Made by a program: the position numbers and the translations under genes. Of a stretch of 64,000 nt of DNA, positions 63,866 to 64,000 are shown in pieces. The notes beneath the pieces are model-generated. The model was not told the origin of the DNA, ran no database searches, and saw only the letters and a program-made list of their open reading frames with translations. This stretch comes from Takakia lepidozioides (taxonomy: Eukaryota > Plantae > Bryophyta), in contig CM060732.1 of NCBI GenBank assembly GCA_030704615.1, positions 28,768,001 to 28,832,000 on the forward strand, read 5' to 3'. Each line of letters begins with the position of its first letter. Positions within the stretch are counted from its first letter, which is position 1.

Positions 63866-64000
63866 TCCACCAGCAATCGAAAGAATCACTCGGGACGGGA
63901 AATCTGGAACCTGAATGGTTGCATTGTTCCCGAACAACACAATTGCGGCCGTCTTGATTAGCACAACTTGGTTGTCTGATGACCGTTTTAAAACCAGCAG

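Larger units (their letters stand above)
53236..64000 (+). mobile_element. Mutator-like element copy 2 (inverted relative to copy 1; runs off the window)
   Basis: Begins GGGGGCTGCTATTTCATGAGC, the reverse complement of the copy 1 right end. Colinear with the reverse complement of 43174 down to ~33655, with a different flank (Gypsy RT). Confidence 0.95.

Noticed and set aside
62039-63964. Many overlapping ORFs with KCGAAFP/EMRRRIS/GNAAPHF peptides (also 33659-34871, 39669-40967, 55505-56511)
   Set aside because: These are translation artefacts of the palindrome arrays, appearing in all six frames.

Overview
Eukaryotic land-plant DNA. A non-seed plant such as a bryophyte, lycophyte or fern is inferred from the PLS-PPR fragments and TE families. 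Host content: a 17-exon SULTR4 sulfate transporter (~3.4-12.1 kb), an inositol-transporter pseudogene fragment, two inverted SAUR copies and PPR fragments. From ~16 kb onward the window is a nest of transposons: three hAT-type MITEs with 8-bp TSDs, a decayed GCM-like/MULE/SWIM transposase interrupted by a LINE 3' end, and a Ty3/Gypsy element with a long extra ORF. The main discovery is a 13.9-kb Mutator-like element (29280-43174, exact 9-bp TSD TGGCACATG), with a second inverted copy starting at 53236 and running off the window. Besides its transposase it carries (i) an intron-containing gene encoding a ParB/Srx-like domain fused to a beta-class N4C/N6A DNA-methyltransferase-like domain, (ii) two arrays of a 22-bp palindrome GGAAATGCGG-YR-CCGCATTTCC, partly phased at ~53 and 63 bp and also found in the cargo gene's introns, and (iii) three small intronless orphan ORFs. 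A related decayed element has a different palindrome with the same CGG-YR-CCG core. The interpretation as a transposon-encoded, sequence-specific ParB/parS-like epigenetic (anti-silencing or self-marking) module is an inference. Many 1-bp indels suggest an error-prone assembly, so individual frameshifts are not reliable evidence of pseudogenisation.
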